Position numbers and translations under genes: made by a program. From Candidatus Poribacteria bacterium (lineage in GTDB: Bacteria > Poribacteria > WGA-4E > WGA-3G), in the NCBI GenBank assembly GCA_963665235.2, contig CAXXLX010000001.1, forward strand, positions 992,001 through 1,056,000: a stretch of DNA of 64,000 nucleotides. Direction: 5' to 3'. Shown in pieces: positions 21,228-30,316 of this stretch. Under the pieces are notes generated by a model that saw nothing but the letters and a program-made list of their open reading frames with translations, searched no databases and was not told the origin of the DNA. Each line of letters starts with the position of its first letter. Position 1 is the first letter of the stretch.

Positions 21228-21413
21228 TCACATTGTGTATTTCACCAGGGCTGCCATGAGCAGGGTTGCGGCGAAACAGAACGCTATATGATAGAGCAAT
21301 CCTACCGGTATGCCGAGGACAAGTTGTGGGGTTTTCCAAAACCAGAAATCGTTGTGAAGTAGGAACAGTAGGACGAGCAGACTGTAGAGCGTCCATTTAA
21401 GCGTACGTTTCAT
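21228..21413 (-). CDS. DUF3311-like small membrane partner of the SSS transporter
   Basis: LHNDFWFW...LGIPVGLLYH; directly upstream of the SSS gene. Confidence 0.7.
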   Translation of the reverse strand: MKRTLKWTLYSLLVLLFLLHNDFWFWKTPQLVLGIPVGLLYHIAFCFAATLLMAALVKYTM

Positions 21414-23466
21414 GATTTGCCTCCGTTTTTTGCCAATTATAGAAGAAAATGAAAACACTCCCAAGGATTGCTATGCCGTGTATCAACAGGAACGGCATGT
21501 GCGTAGGGGTGAAAAAGAGAATTACCACAGCAACGAAAAGTCCCCAACGTTCCCACTGAGAGAGCGGTTTGAAGGCGTATCCAGCAACCCCCGCCGCGAA
21601 GATAAAGGTGCCAATCAGTGTCAGTGAGAAATTCATGAAGACCAACCACACCGCCGGGCCGCCAGCATCCGTGCTGAGCCACAGCAGCTCTGGCCGTAAC
21701 ACAAAGGCGTAAGGCAGCGCGAACCCAACAAGCGCAAATCTGAACGCGGCGAAGGCTGTTTGCATGATACCCGCGTTCGCAATTGCCGCGGCGGTATACG
21801 CAGCTAACGCCACCGGGGGCGTGACCATTGACATCATCCCGAAATAGAAGATGAAGAAGTGGGCTGCAAGCGGAACGACCCCTAAATCCAGCAACACAGG
21901 TCCGACCAAAATCGCCATGAGTAGATAACAGACAGAGGAGGGCAGCCCCATCCCGAGAATAATTGTGGAAATCATCAGGAGGAAAAGGGCTAAAATGAGA
22001 TTCGTTTTCGCAAGCGGTAACAGGGCTGCAGGCAGTTTTGAACCAACACCTGTGAGTGTGACAATTCCCAAGATGATTCCCACACATGAAGCGGCGGCTA
22101 TCAGAGACACACCACTCTGTGCAGCGTTTTCCATCGCTTTTAAAACGCCGGGTATGCCGACGCGGGTCTGTTTGTGAAAGAGGCTTACGACCAACACGAC
22201 CAGTAAACTCCAACTGACTGCACGGAACGGCGTAGCTCCCTGCAGTAGGAACACTATTAGCGTGATAAACGCCGAGAAAAAGACTACGCCTTGCATCTTG
22301 GAAAGTTTGCTTGTGTGTTCCTCCGATGTGTCGGTGTCCGCCTGGGTGTGATTCACGGGGGTGCTACTGATACGTTTTGCATAGAAATGGACGATGCATA
22401 GCAGGGCAGTATAGTAGAGAATCGCTGGCAGGAGCGCGGCTTTGATGATTTGCAGGTATGTAACAGCAGGTTCAACGATTTCCAGCATCATATAGGCACC
22501 CGCGCCCATAATCGGTGGGACTAACGCGCCCCCGGAACTCGCCGCGGCTTCAATCCCACCCGCAATTGTCGGCTTAAATCCGACACTCCGCATCAACGGA
22601 ATTGTAAAGGTGCCGGTCGTCGCCGTATTGGCAACGGCTGAGCCTGAAAGCGAGCCCATCATCCCGCTTCCAATTACTGCTACCTTTGCTGGACTCCCCG
22701 CGCTGCCGCCGAATATTCGTCGCGCTAAGTTTAAGATGTACGCGGTGGCACCGGTCTGCTCCAGAAAGGTACCGAATAGCACAAAGAGGAAAACGTAGGT
22801 GAACATAACCCGTAGTGCAATACCGAATACCCCTTGGCTATGTAAAAACGTCTGACTTGCGATACGTTGCAAGGAATACCCCTTATGCGGAAATAGCCAG
22901 TCCGGCATAAACTGCCCGAAACCTGCATAGAGCAAAAACAGGAGGGCGAGAATTGGAAGGGTTATGCCAATAGCGCGGCGGGTCGCCTCTAAGACTAAAA
23001 TAAGTCCAACTCCGGCGACGAGGTAATCCGTGAAACGTTCGTTCGCTGCGCGGTCCCCGAGGAATTTGCCATCTAACCAGAACGTTTTAAAAATAGGTTC
23101 GGTTTGGAGGATAATGTAACCGAAACAGAGAATTACAGTGCTGACTAGCACAAAATCGAGGAGCTGACAGGCACGGTTGTCGGCAAATCGCGGATGAAGT
23201 GGGTATTTCAAAAAGACGACTATTAACCCGAACATCGCGAAGAGTGCCAACTCGGATTGCGGATTCAGCAACGGATAGTTGACTTCGGCTAAGATAAAAA
23301 GACTTAGCAGCACTGCAACTGACAGAATAAGGGGTTGTTTTAGCTGTTCCAATAGATTAGATGATGTGTTCCGGTGACGTTTTAAGTTCAGACAATAGAC
23401 TTCTCTTAAAGTGTAGCAGAAAATGTGAGGGGTGTCAACTAAAAAGATAGAGATGGGCAGGGCCAT
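21397..23466 (-). CDS. TRAP transporter fused 4TM/12TM permease (start uncertain)
   Basis: SGSAVAN..TTGTFTIP, EAAASSGG.LVPPIMGA, GMGLP and TPPVALAA motifs. Confidence 0.88.
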   Translation of the reverse strand: MALPISIFLVDTPHIFCYTLREVYCLNLKRHRNTSSNLLEQLKQPLILSVAVLLSLFILAEVNYPLLNPQSELALFAMFGLIVVFLKYPLHPRFADNRACQLLDFVLVSTVILCFGYIILQTEPIFKTFWLDGKFLGDRAANERFTDYLVAGVGLILVLEATRRAIGITLPILALLFLLYAGFGQFMPDWLFPHKGYSLQRIASQTFLHSQGVFGIALRVMFTYVFLFVLFGTFLEQTGATAYILNLARRIFGGSAGSPAKVAVIGSGMMGSLSGSAVANTATTGTFTIPLMRSVGFKPTIAGGIEAAASSGGALVPPIMGAGAYMMLEIVEPAVTYLQIIKAALLPAILYYTALLCIVHFYAKRISSTPVNHTQADTDTSEEHTSKLSKMQGVVFFSAFITLIVFLLQGATPFRAVSWSLLVVLVVSLFHKQTRVGIPGVLKAMENAAQSGVSLIAAASCVGIILGIVTLTGVGSKLPAALLPLAKTNLILALFLLMISTIILGMGLPSSVCYLLMAILVGPVLLDLGVVPLAAHFFIFYFGMMSMVTPPVALAAYTAAAIANAGIMQTAFAAFRFALVGFALPYAFVLRPELLWLSTDAGGPAVWLVFMNFSLTLIGTFIFAAGVAGYAFKPLSQWERWGLFVAVVILFFTPTHMPFLLIHGIAILGSVFIFFYNWQKTEANHETYA

Positions 23467-23655
23467 TTAGTTTTAAGAATTTTCATGTGATGAGGTTAAC
23501 TGTGAGTTTAGGTTTTGAGGCGAAAAATCGTATTGCCTCGGTGATTTTGGTATACCCTGCAAATCGTAAGACCGCCAGTGCGGTGTTGTGCAAAGCTGCC
23601 AAGACTTGGGGGATGCTGCCTGTTCTCGCTTTTAGTGTCACATTCTCCTGTTTTG
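23458..23655 (-). pseudogene. ISAs1-family transposase C-terminal remnant with terminal repeat
   Basis: RTGSIPQVLAALHNTALAVLR..G...I..A.R motif followed by ATGGCCCTG end. Confidence 0.65.
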
Positions 23656-23722
23656 GGGTGTGTAAAGTTTTCGTATGTCTGCGATATTTTTTATGAAGAA
23701 AAATGAAACAGTTCGCAACTAA

Positions 23723-24264
23723 TACCATTTTTATTAATTATTCTATCATTACCGGTTGTTAGAAATCAAACGGAGAACGGGAGACCCAAACTGGAAGTTT
23801 ATGCTACGATAAAGCGCACAAACTGGAAGTTTATGCTACGATAAAGCGCACAAACTGGAAGTTTATGCTACGATAAAGCGCACAAACTGGAAGTTTATGC
23901 TACGATAAAGCGCACAAACTGGAAGTTTATGCTACGATAAAGCGCACAAACTGGAAGTTTATGCTACGATAAAGCGCACAAACTGGAAGTTTATGCTACG
24001 ATAAAGCGCACAAACTGGAAGTTTATGCTACGATAAAGCGCACAAACTGGAAGTTTATGCTACGATAAAGCGCACAAACTGGAAGTTTATGCTACGATAA
24101 AGCGCACAAACTGGAAGTTTATGCTACGATAAAGCGCACAAACTGGAAGTTTATGCTACGATAAAGCGCACAAACTGGAAGTTTATGCTACGATAAAGCG
24201 CACAAACTGGAAGTTTATGCTACGATAAAGCGCACAAACTGGAAGTTTATGCTTAGAAATGGTA
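23723..24264. mobile_element. TWA-family MITE, copy 3, expanded by tandem array
   Basis: TIRs plus TAA TSD at 23720-23722 and 24265-24267. Confidence 0.85.
23787..24252. repeat. Perfect 32-bp tandem array, about 14.5 copies (CAAACTGGAAGTTTATGCTACGATAAAGCGCA)
   Basis: CTGGAAG recurs every 32 bp from 23791 to 24239; no spacers. Confidence 0.95.
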
Positions 24265-24832
24265 TAATATAACAGCATCCCAAAACATTTTTGGGAGGAA
24301 AGCGGCACGGTTTGCAACTAACCTGATGCGCCCCCGATAGCGAAAGTGTCACATTTCATTTTTTTTTGGAAATCGTCCAAAGGGGGTGTAAACGGCTTAC
24401 AAAGCTATGCGTGTCGTGAGTTTAGGCAAATGCAGCCCCGGGAACCAGATGTCACACTTTGTGTCGAAAAGTGTAACATTTTCACCGGAACCGGTCTCAA
24501 AAAGTAGGAGGCAGAACGCTAAAAAAGTTGTCAGGACAGATACCCGAAATCGGCCGTTGAAATGACACACTTCGTTTTTTTTGTGTTTCGAAAGAGAGAG
24601 GACAAAACGGCTTTCAAAGCTATGCGTGGCGTGCGTTCATGCACATTCAGCACCGAAAACCGAAAGTCACACTTTGTGTCGAAAAGTGTAACATTTTCAC
24701 CGGTTTTGTACAAAAACTTTACACACTCTTGAGATAGTCAACTTAACGGTGGTTTACCTTATTTGCGAGGTTCCGTGTCAATGGAGATGTTTTTGACATC
24801 CTTAAAATCGGGCAAGCGGAACCCAGTATCAT

Positions 24833-24995
24833 TAGACATTATGATGATTTAAACGGAGTATGCTTGTGAACCTTGTAGGGGCGAGGTCCCCTCGCCCTAT
24901 GACCATGGCTTCAAATCGGGCGGGGGGACCCCGCCCCTACGCACCGCCACTGCTAACGAACTAGAAATGCTACAATTAAACCGGCATAATGTCTA
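24833..24995. mobile_element. MITE-like element with TAGACATTATG TIRs enclosing a REP pair
   Basis: tagacattatg ... cataatgtcta. Confidence 0.55.
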
Positions 24996-25171
24996 TTATT
25001 TAGGCGAAAACTCTCTCGTCAAAGTGGTAAATATCTGATTGATACTGACATAGTCGTTTGACAAAAACTTTATGCCCTCTCAAAAAACCTTGATTTTTGA
25101 TAGTGTTTATGCTAAAATGTTTACAACAAATTCGGTACGTGCAGAAAGTAAACCGAAAAGGAGGCTACACA

Positions 25172-25396
25172 ATGGACAATTTGAAAACAGAACTTCTCGA
25201 ACAGATAGAAAAACTTACACCCCAGCAACAGAAACAGGTTTTGGATTTTGCCCTAGAACTTTCGGGTGAACTAGCAAAGCGTTACCCCGGAAAAAATCTG
25301 CTTCAATTTGCGGGAACGATTTCGCCAGAAGACTTGGAAATCATGAAGCAGGCAATTGAAGAAGGGTGTGGACAAGTTGATGAATCAGAGTGGTAG
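25172..25396 (+). CDS. Putative antitoxin (VapB/DUF2281-like)
   Basis: 74-aa acidic protein overlapping a PIN toxin gene; GGAGG RBS. Confidence 0.7.
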   Translation: MDNLKTELLEQIEKLTPQQQKQVLDFALELSGELAKRYPGKNLLQFAGTISPEDLEIMKQAIEEGCGQVDESEW

Positions 25397-25775
25397 GTAT
25401 CTGCTTGATACGAATATCGCAATTGCCTTGTTTTCCGAGGAGGTAGAGGTACAAGAAAGAGCCAAAAACGCAGGAGTTGTGGCACTGGCACCCCCTATAA
25501 TCGGTGAACTTTACTACGGGGCCCAGAAGTCGCACAAAGTCTTGGAAAACCGCCACAAAATAGACAGTTTTGTGCAACAAAACGCTTTTTTTCCTTGTGA
25601 TTTGGAAACGGCGCAGTGGTACGGAATCATCAAAGACCAACTGCGAAGGAAGGGCCGCCCCATCCCCAACAACGATATCTGGATTGCAGCAATCGCCATG
25701 CAATATGATTTAATTCTCGTCACGCGAGACGCACACTTTAATCATGTAGAATCTCTTCAGACAGAACGTTGGTAA
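25380..25775 (+). CDS. vapC: VapC PIN-domain toxin
   Basis: YLLDTN, GELYYG, NDIWIAA and LVTRD.HF motifs. Confidence 0.92.
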   Translation: MNQSGRYLLDTNIAIALFSEEVEVQERAKNAGVVALAPPIIGELYYGAQKSHKVLENRHKIDSFVQQNAFFPCDLETAQWYGIIKDQLRRKGRPIPNNDIWIAAIAMQYDLILVTRDAHFNHVESLQTERW

Positions 25776-25809
25776 CGTTATGAACAGGAATGAACACCCC
25801 TAGACGAAA

Positions 25810-26172
25810 TTGAGAAATATGTTAGCATCAGAACATAACCCCACAAACGAGGCACTTAACACTCTTCGCGAAAAACTCCGCGAAATGTTCCACTTTGCAC
25901 ATACCGACCTAGACTTCGGCATCTTCCGTATCCTCAAAATCAAACGCAATGAAGTCAATCAATTCATCGATGACAAACTAACAGAAATCGTCCAAACCGC
26001 ACTCGCTGATGTAACAGAGGCTCTTTACGACAACCAACTGACACAGGTCAGGGAATATGTCACCGAAGAAGGCAGCCGTAGACAACGGGACTGGCTTGAG
26101 GATATCAAAGAGAATACCCCACAACTCGGCGCAAATATCGACAATTGGATGCCTCTGGTTAGAACAGTATGA
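25810..26172 (+). pseudogene. N-terminal remnant of a type III R-M methyltransferase (Mod)
   Basis: LREMFHF...DLDFGIFRIL resembles Mod N-termini; ORF ends after 120 aa with no catalytic motifs. Confidence 0.6.
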
Positions 26173-26311
26173 GGATGTCCTCAATAATATCACTTTACCG
26201 ACCACTTTATAAATATTAAGTATTTTGATGGAAATTCAGATAACATTCATCTTCTTGTGTTGTGGTTATGATCCATCCATTCAACACAGTCGCATGGAAT
26301 GGATAGATTAT

Positions 26312-26811
26312 TTGACATACTCTCCCAGCTAAAGCAAGGGAGATTCTTTTAAAAAGTTCCGCTACGCGTTAGCTATTGGATTGTGGTTTTCAGACGTGTG
26401 AACGTCCGAGGTCCCATCGAGGACATCCTCAACGGAGATGCTTGGGCTGTTCCAAGTCTTACTGCCCCTAACTCAAAGGACAAGGTTTCCCTGCCCTCGT
26501 GCTTCGCACCTTCTTTATGCTTGTGAATCAGTGCTTTGGTATCCAATGCAGCATGACCCGTCTTTTGGATACCGAAAGCATTGCACAAAAATGTGGATAT
26601 TGACTGGGTATCGCCAGAACATCAGCACACAACCCTACCATAGGTTGAGGTTCGGAACTTCAACATTGGTGGCGTTGAAGGTGGTAATCCGAACCACTGA
26701 TGATATATATATTATACCACATTTTAATGCAAAAGTCAAATTAAAAACATAAGCTTATGTTCCTACTACATCCCCCAGCTAAAGCACGGGGGTTTTGTAG
26801 CGGAAGACTTG
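26312..26811 (-). mobile_element. Non-autonomous IS200/IS605-family element, no tnpA/tnpB
   Basis: Inserted after TTAT; LE hairpin CCCCCGTGCTTTAGCTGGGGG; RE hairpin CTCCCTTGCTTTAGCTGGGAG ending TCAA; removing it restores a host ORF. Confidence 0.8.
26711..26739 (-). promoter_or_regulatory. Internal sigma70 promoter of the element
   Basis: TTGACT-17bp-TATAAT. Confidence 0.65.
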
Positions 26812-27204
26812 ATAAAAGTCCTGTTTCTTGGAGGAGTCTGCTACGAGATGCACTACCGTGTGGCTCAAAAAGATATGGACAATCTAACATTTTATGATAG
26901 TAGATGTCTGTTAAATCGATAAAACCTGTTATACCCTTAATATTTGTGGTTTCAACCGTTCGATAATAACCATGTATTCTGAGCAGTTCCTTACGTTTTT
27001 TACGTTGTATTAGGTGGATGACCTTATACCAATTTAGAAGTAGAAATAAAGGAATTCCAAATACAAGGCAAGTAACAACAACGTTTAGTAAGGTAACATC
27101 GGACATACTGTATTGTGGATTGGCAGCAACACCAATCAACCCAAAAGTTAAAATTACTGCAAGTGTGACTAACACAGGTTTAATAAGCATTTTGCTATCT
27201 TGAT

Positions 27205-27318
27205 CAGGACTTACGCAAATTTAGCAGAAACCTCGTAGGGGCGGGGTCTCCCCGTCCGCTATGTCTCGCTCTAGATCCCACTGTCATTAGGGTTTATCAA
27301 CGCGCTGCGTAAGTCCTG
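27205..27318. mobile_element. MITE-like element with perfect 13-bp TIRs
   Basis: caggacttacgca ... tgcgtaagtcctg; inverted homolog of 3391-3505. Confidence 0.7.
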
Positions 27319-27339
27319 GTCAAGTTAAGAATCAATGAC

Positions 27340-27566
27340 GAGTGCGTAAAGTTTCTGTACAAGTTAATCTATTGATGTTTAAAACGCCCTACTCCTACAG
27401 TGCGACTCATTGCTCAGCAGAACGGTGCTCGTAGTAGGGAAACCATTTATTGCCTGTCAGCGTAACATTTTTCGTAGTGTGCCTCATTGTTCGTCAGAGT
27501 CCTACACAACACGACGGGCGATGAATCGCCCTACTACAAACGCGTGTACGAAAACTTTACACACCC
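27340..27566. mobile_element. MITE with G(A/G)GTG(C/T)GTAAAGTTT TIRs and 9-bp TSD (IS256-like)
   Basis: ATCAATGAC duplicated at 27331-27339 and 27567-27575; same ends at about 3570-3590, 23656, 24728 and 48033. Confidence 0.75.
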
Positions 27567-27690
27567 ATCAATGACTTTTTGCAAGTCCAAAACGACTTAT
27601 TGCGAATATTAAATCTACATTCGGACCGAAATGAGCCAAGTGCGATTAAGAACTCCAACACCACCCCCCTATCTTCTTAAAAATTGACAC

Positions 27691-28713
27691 CTATGAACCC
27701 GCTCCAGCTCTTCCCTTAAACACCGCGTACAAATACCAGAACGCAGGCACGAGCAGCACCCCACCTACACCCACAACAATCAGCACAGGCCGAAGCACAG
27801 CATCGGAGGCGGCAGTGTTTGAAAACGTTAGATTCGGTGTAACAAGATAAGGAAATTGCGCCAATCCCCAACCGAAAATAATCAGCGTGACCTGTATCGG
27901 CACAAGCACGCGTGCGAGTCTAAAGTGCCGTTTCCAAATCGCCCAAATGCCGCTGATGGCGACAGCCCCGGTTAAGATATGAAACGGAATTGACCAGACG
28001 CTACTTCCTAAACCGCGTCGTATTGCGGGCGCGCCTTCCGTTGACAAGATAAAACTGAGTCCTGCCATTGCGCCCACACTCACTGCTGCAATGAGCGCGC
28101 GCCGCCGAAAATCTGCCTGTAACGCCGCATCTGCCGTTTCCAATGTAAGATAAACAGCCGCAAGCAAGGCACAGAGGGATAAGGTGAAAAAACCGATAGC
28201 AAACGGAAATGGCGCAAACCACGATGAAATAAAATCTGTTTCTACATGTCCGCTTTCGGCGTTACCCTGAATTGTGCCGGAGGCAACCGCTCCTAAGGTT
28301 ACGCCTAGCATCACAGGCGTGATAACACTTGCAATTGCGAAGACGCGGCTCCAGCGACGATAGGTCGTGTCCGATTGGTCGTCATAAGTGCGAAAGACAA
28401 AGGCGGTGCCGCGAAGCACAATGCCGATGAGCATTAAGGTGAGCGGAATGTGCAAAGCGGTGCCGATTGTTGCGAACGCCACCGGAAACGCCACAAAAAG
28501 CAGCACCACAATTACGATTAACCAAACATGGTTGGCTTCCCAAATAGGTGCGATTGCCTGGGTGATAAGGTCACGTTGTGCTTTCGCGCGCGGGCCTGTT
28601 GCAAACAAATCCCAGATGCCGCCGCCGAAGTCTGCCCCGCCTGTTAGCATATACAGAATCAGCGAGATGAGCATCACGCCAGCAACCCATATTTCAAGTT
28701 CAAGTCCGAACAT
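27691..28713 (-). CDS. cydB: Cytochrome bd oxidase subunit II
   Basis: GGADFGGG and IAPIWEANHVWLI motifs; follows cydA. Confidence 0.92.
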   Translation of the reverse strand: MFGLELEIWVAGVMLISLILYMLTGGADFGGGIWDLFATGPRAKAQRDLITQAIAPIWEANHVWLIVIVVLLFVAFPVAFATIGTALHIPLTLMLIGIVLRGTAFVFRTYDDQSDTTYRRWSRVFAIASVITPVMLGVTLGAVASGTIQGNAESGHVETDFISSWFAPFPFAIGFFTLSLCALLAAVYLTLETADAALQADFRRRALIAAVSVGAMAGLSFILSTEGAPAIRRGLGSSVWSIPFHILTGAVAISGIWAIWKRHFRLARVLVPIQVTLIIFGWGLAQFPYLVTPNLTFSNTAASDAVLRPVLIVVGVGGVLLVPAFWYLYAVFKGRAGAGS

Positions 28714-30022
28714 CGGTCTCCTCCGCTTCTTGGGGATGCTGGAAAATCTGACGACGTAGCAGGATAACAACGATAATTGATAGGAAAATGTAAAGCACGG
28801 TGAAACCGATGAACGGAACAACGAGATTCGGCATCGGTGTTACCGCCTCCGCAGTCCGCATATAGTTGTAGATAATCCACGGTTGCCTGCCGACCTCTGT
28901 CACTGTCCATCCCGCTTCAATGGCGATGAAGCCGAGTGGGGCACAGAACGTGACGAATCGCAGGTACCACCTGTTGAGCGGCAACCCTTTCTGTCGCCAT
29001 GCAAGCCACCCGCCTAGTAGGCCCGCGACAATCAGCACCATGCCGCACGCTACCATAATCTGAAATGCAATATGCACAATTGCCACAGGCGGACGATTTT
29101 CCGGTGGCACCTCCTTGAGTCCCATAATTTCAGCGTTCGGGTCGAAGTGTGCAAGGAAGCTGAGTGCTTTCGGAATTTCAATTGCAAATCGGGTTTCTTC
29201 AGCGTCCTCATCGGGAATCCCGCCGATACGTAGCGGTGCCCCGCGTTCCGTTTCCCACTGTCCCTCCATCGCTGCCAATTTGATCGGTTGATATTTGGCG
29301 AGACGCTTGGCACTGATGTCCCCAGAAATCGGTTGGAGAATTGCAATGATACCGCCGACGCTAAGCGCAATCGCAAACGCCCGCCGATGGAAAGGGTTAT
29401 CCGGGTCACGCCGCAGAAAATAGGCGTGGATACCTGCAACTGCAAAGCTGACAGCGAGAAAAGCTGCCAACGTCATGTGGAGAGCTTGACTGAACGAAGA
29501 GGGATTTAGCATCGCCGCAATAGGGTCAATGTCCGTAACCTGTCCATCAACAACCGTAAATCCGGCAGGCGTATTCATCCATGCATTCGCTGTGACAACG
29601 AAGATGCCCGAAAAGATGCCCCCTAACATCACCATGATGCCTGAAAACCAGTGGACATTTTTCGGCACCCGTTCCCAGCCGTAGAGGTAAATGCCCAAAA
29701 AGATTGCCTCTACAAAGAACGCGAGCCCCTCCAACGAGAACGGCATACCGATAATCGGACCAGCGTAAGCCATAAAACCGGGCCACAATAAACCGAGTTC
29801 AAAAGAGAGCACGGTGCCAGAGACTGCCCCGACAGCGAACAGAATCGCCGTACCTTTTGACCACCGCTTTGCAAGCGTGAGGTACACTTCGTCTCCTGTT
29901 TTCAACCACAACCTTTCGGCGATGACCATCAGGAGTGGCATCGCTATCCCGGCGGAGGCAAAAATGATGTGAAAGGCGAGGGACATCGCCATTTGTGCGC
30001 GTGCTGCCAATAGGTCTGTCAT
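28700..30022 (-). CDS. cydA: Cytochrome bd oxidase subunit I
   Basis: FHIIF, QPIKLAAMEG and EVGRQPW motifs. Confidence 0.95.
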   Translation of the reverse strand: MTDLLAARAQMAMSLAFHIIFASAGIAMPLLMVIAERLWLKTGDEVYLTLAKRWSKGTAILFAVGAVSGTVLSFELGLLWPGFMAYAGPIIGMPFSLEGLAFFVEAIFLGIYLYGWERVPKNVHWFSGIMVMLGGIFSGIFVVTANAWMNTPAGFTVVDGQVTDIDPIAAMLNPSSFSQALHMTLAAFLAVSFAVAGIHAYFLRRDPDNPFHRRAFAIALSVGGIIAILQPISGDISAKRLAKYQPIKLAAMEGQWETERGAPLRIGGIPDEDAEETRFAIEIPKALSFLAHFDPNAEIMGLKEVPPENRPPVAIVHIAFQIMVACGMVLIVAGLLGGWLAWRQKGLPLNRWYLRFVTFCAPLGFIAIEAGWTVTEVGRQPWIIYNYMRTAEAVTPMPNLVVPFIGFTVLYIFLSIIVVILLRRQIFQHPQEAEETDVRT

Positions 30023-30316
30023 AATTAGCAATTAGCAATTGGAAACCAGAAATATAAGACGCGGGTCACAGATATTGATAACGCCGCAAACTCTTGCTAA
30101 AGGTTTCCATAGGTTTCCATAGGTTTCCAAAATCCAACATTTTTGTGCTAGTAGTGAGAAAAAACGGTGACAGACTAAATCAAGTCGGTGTCACAACAAA
30201 GTGCCGGTATTCAAAAGGACTGAGGACTGTTGCTGCATTGCTAACCATATAGCTATTGACATCCAAACTGAAGATGGATGTTGTGTCATAGCTACGTCCG
30301 CATCAGGAACGACAAA

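Larger units (their letters stand above)
26247..27190 (-). pseudogene. Membrane protein with His/Cys motif interrupted by the IS605-type element
   Basis: Two TM segments, YYH...C; rejoined frame continues LLYNLSIPCDCVEW to TGA at 26247. Confidence 0.6.

Noticed and set aside
23787-24252. CRISPR array
   Set aside because: Identical 32-bp units abut with no spacers, no cas genes are present, and the array lies inside a MITE
26373-26752. Short ORFs inside the 500-bp element
   Set aside because: No recognisable motifs or RBS; the sequence is dominated by hairpins
26312-26811. IStron (group I intron-IS hybrid)
   Set aside because: The element ends in TCAA rather than a terminal G, and I could not identify P7 core motifs; not formally excluded without a covariance-model search
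30101-30129. AGGTTTCCAT x3 upstream of cydA as an operator
   Set aside because: A related motif occurs near 48197-48216 in repeat debris; no regulator can be assigned
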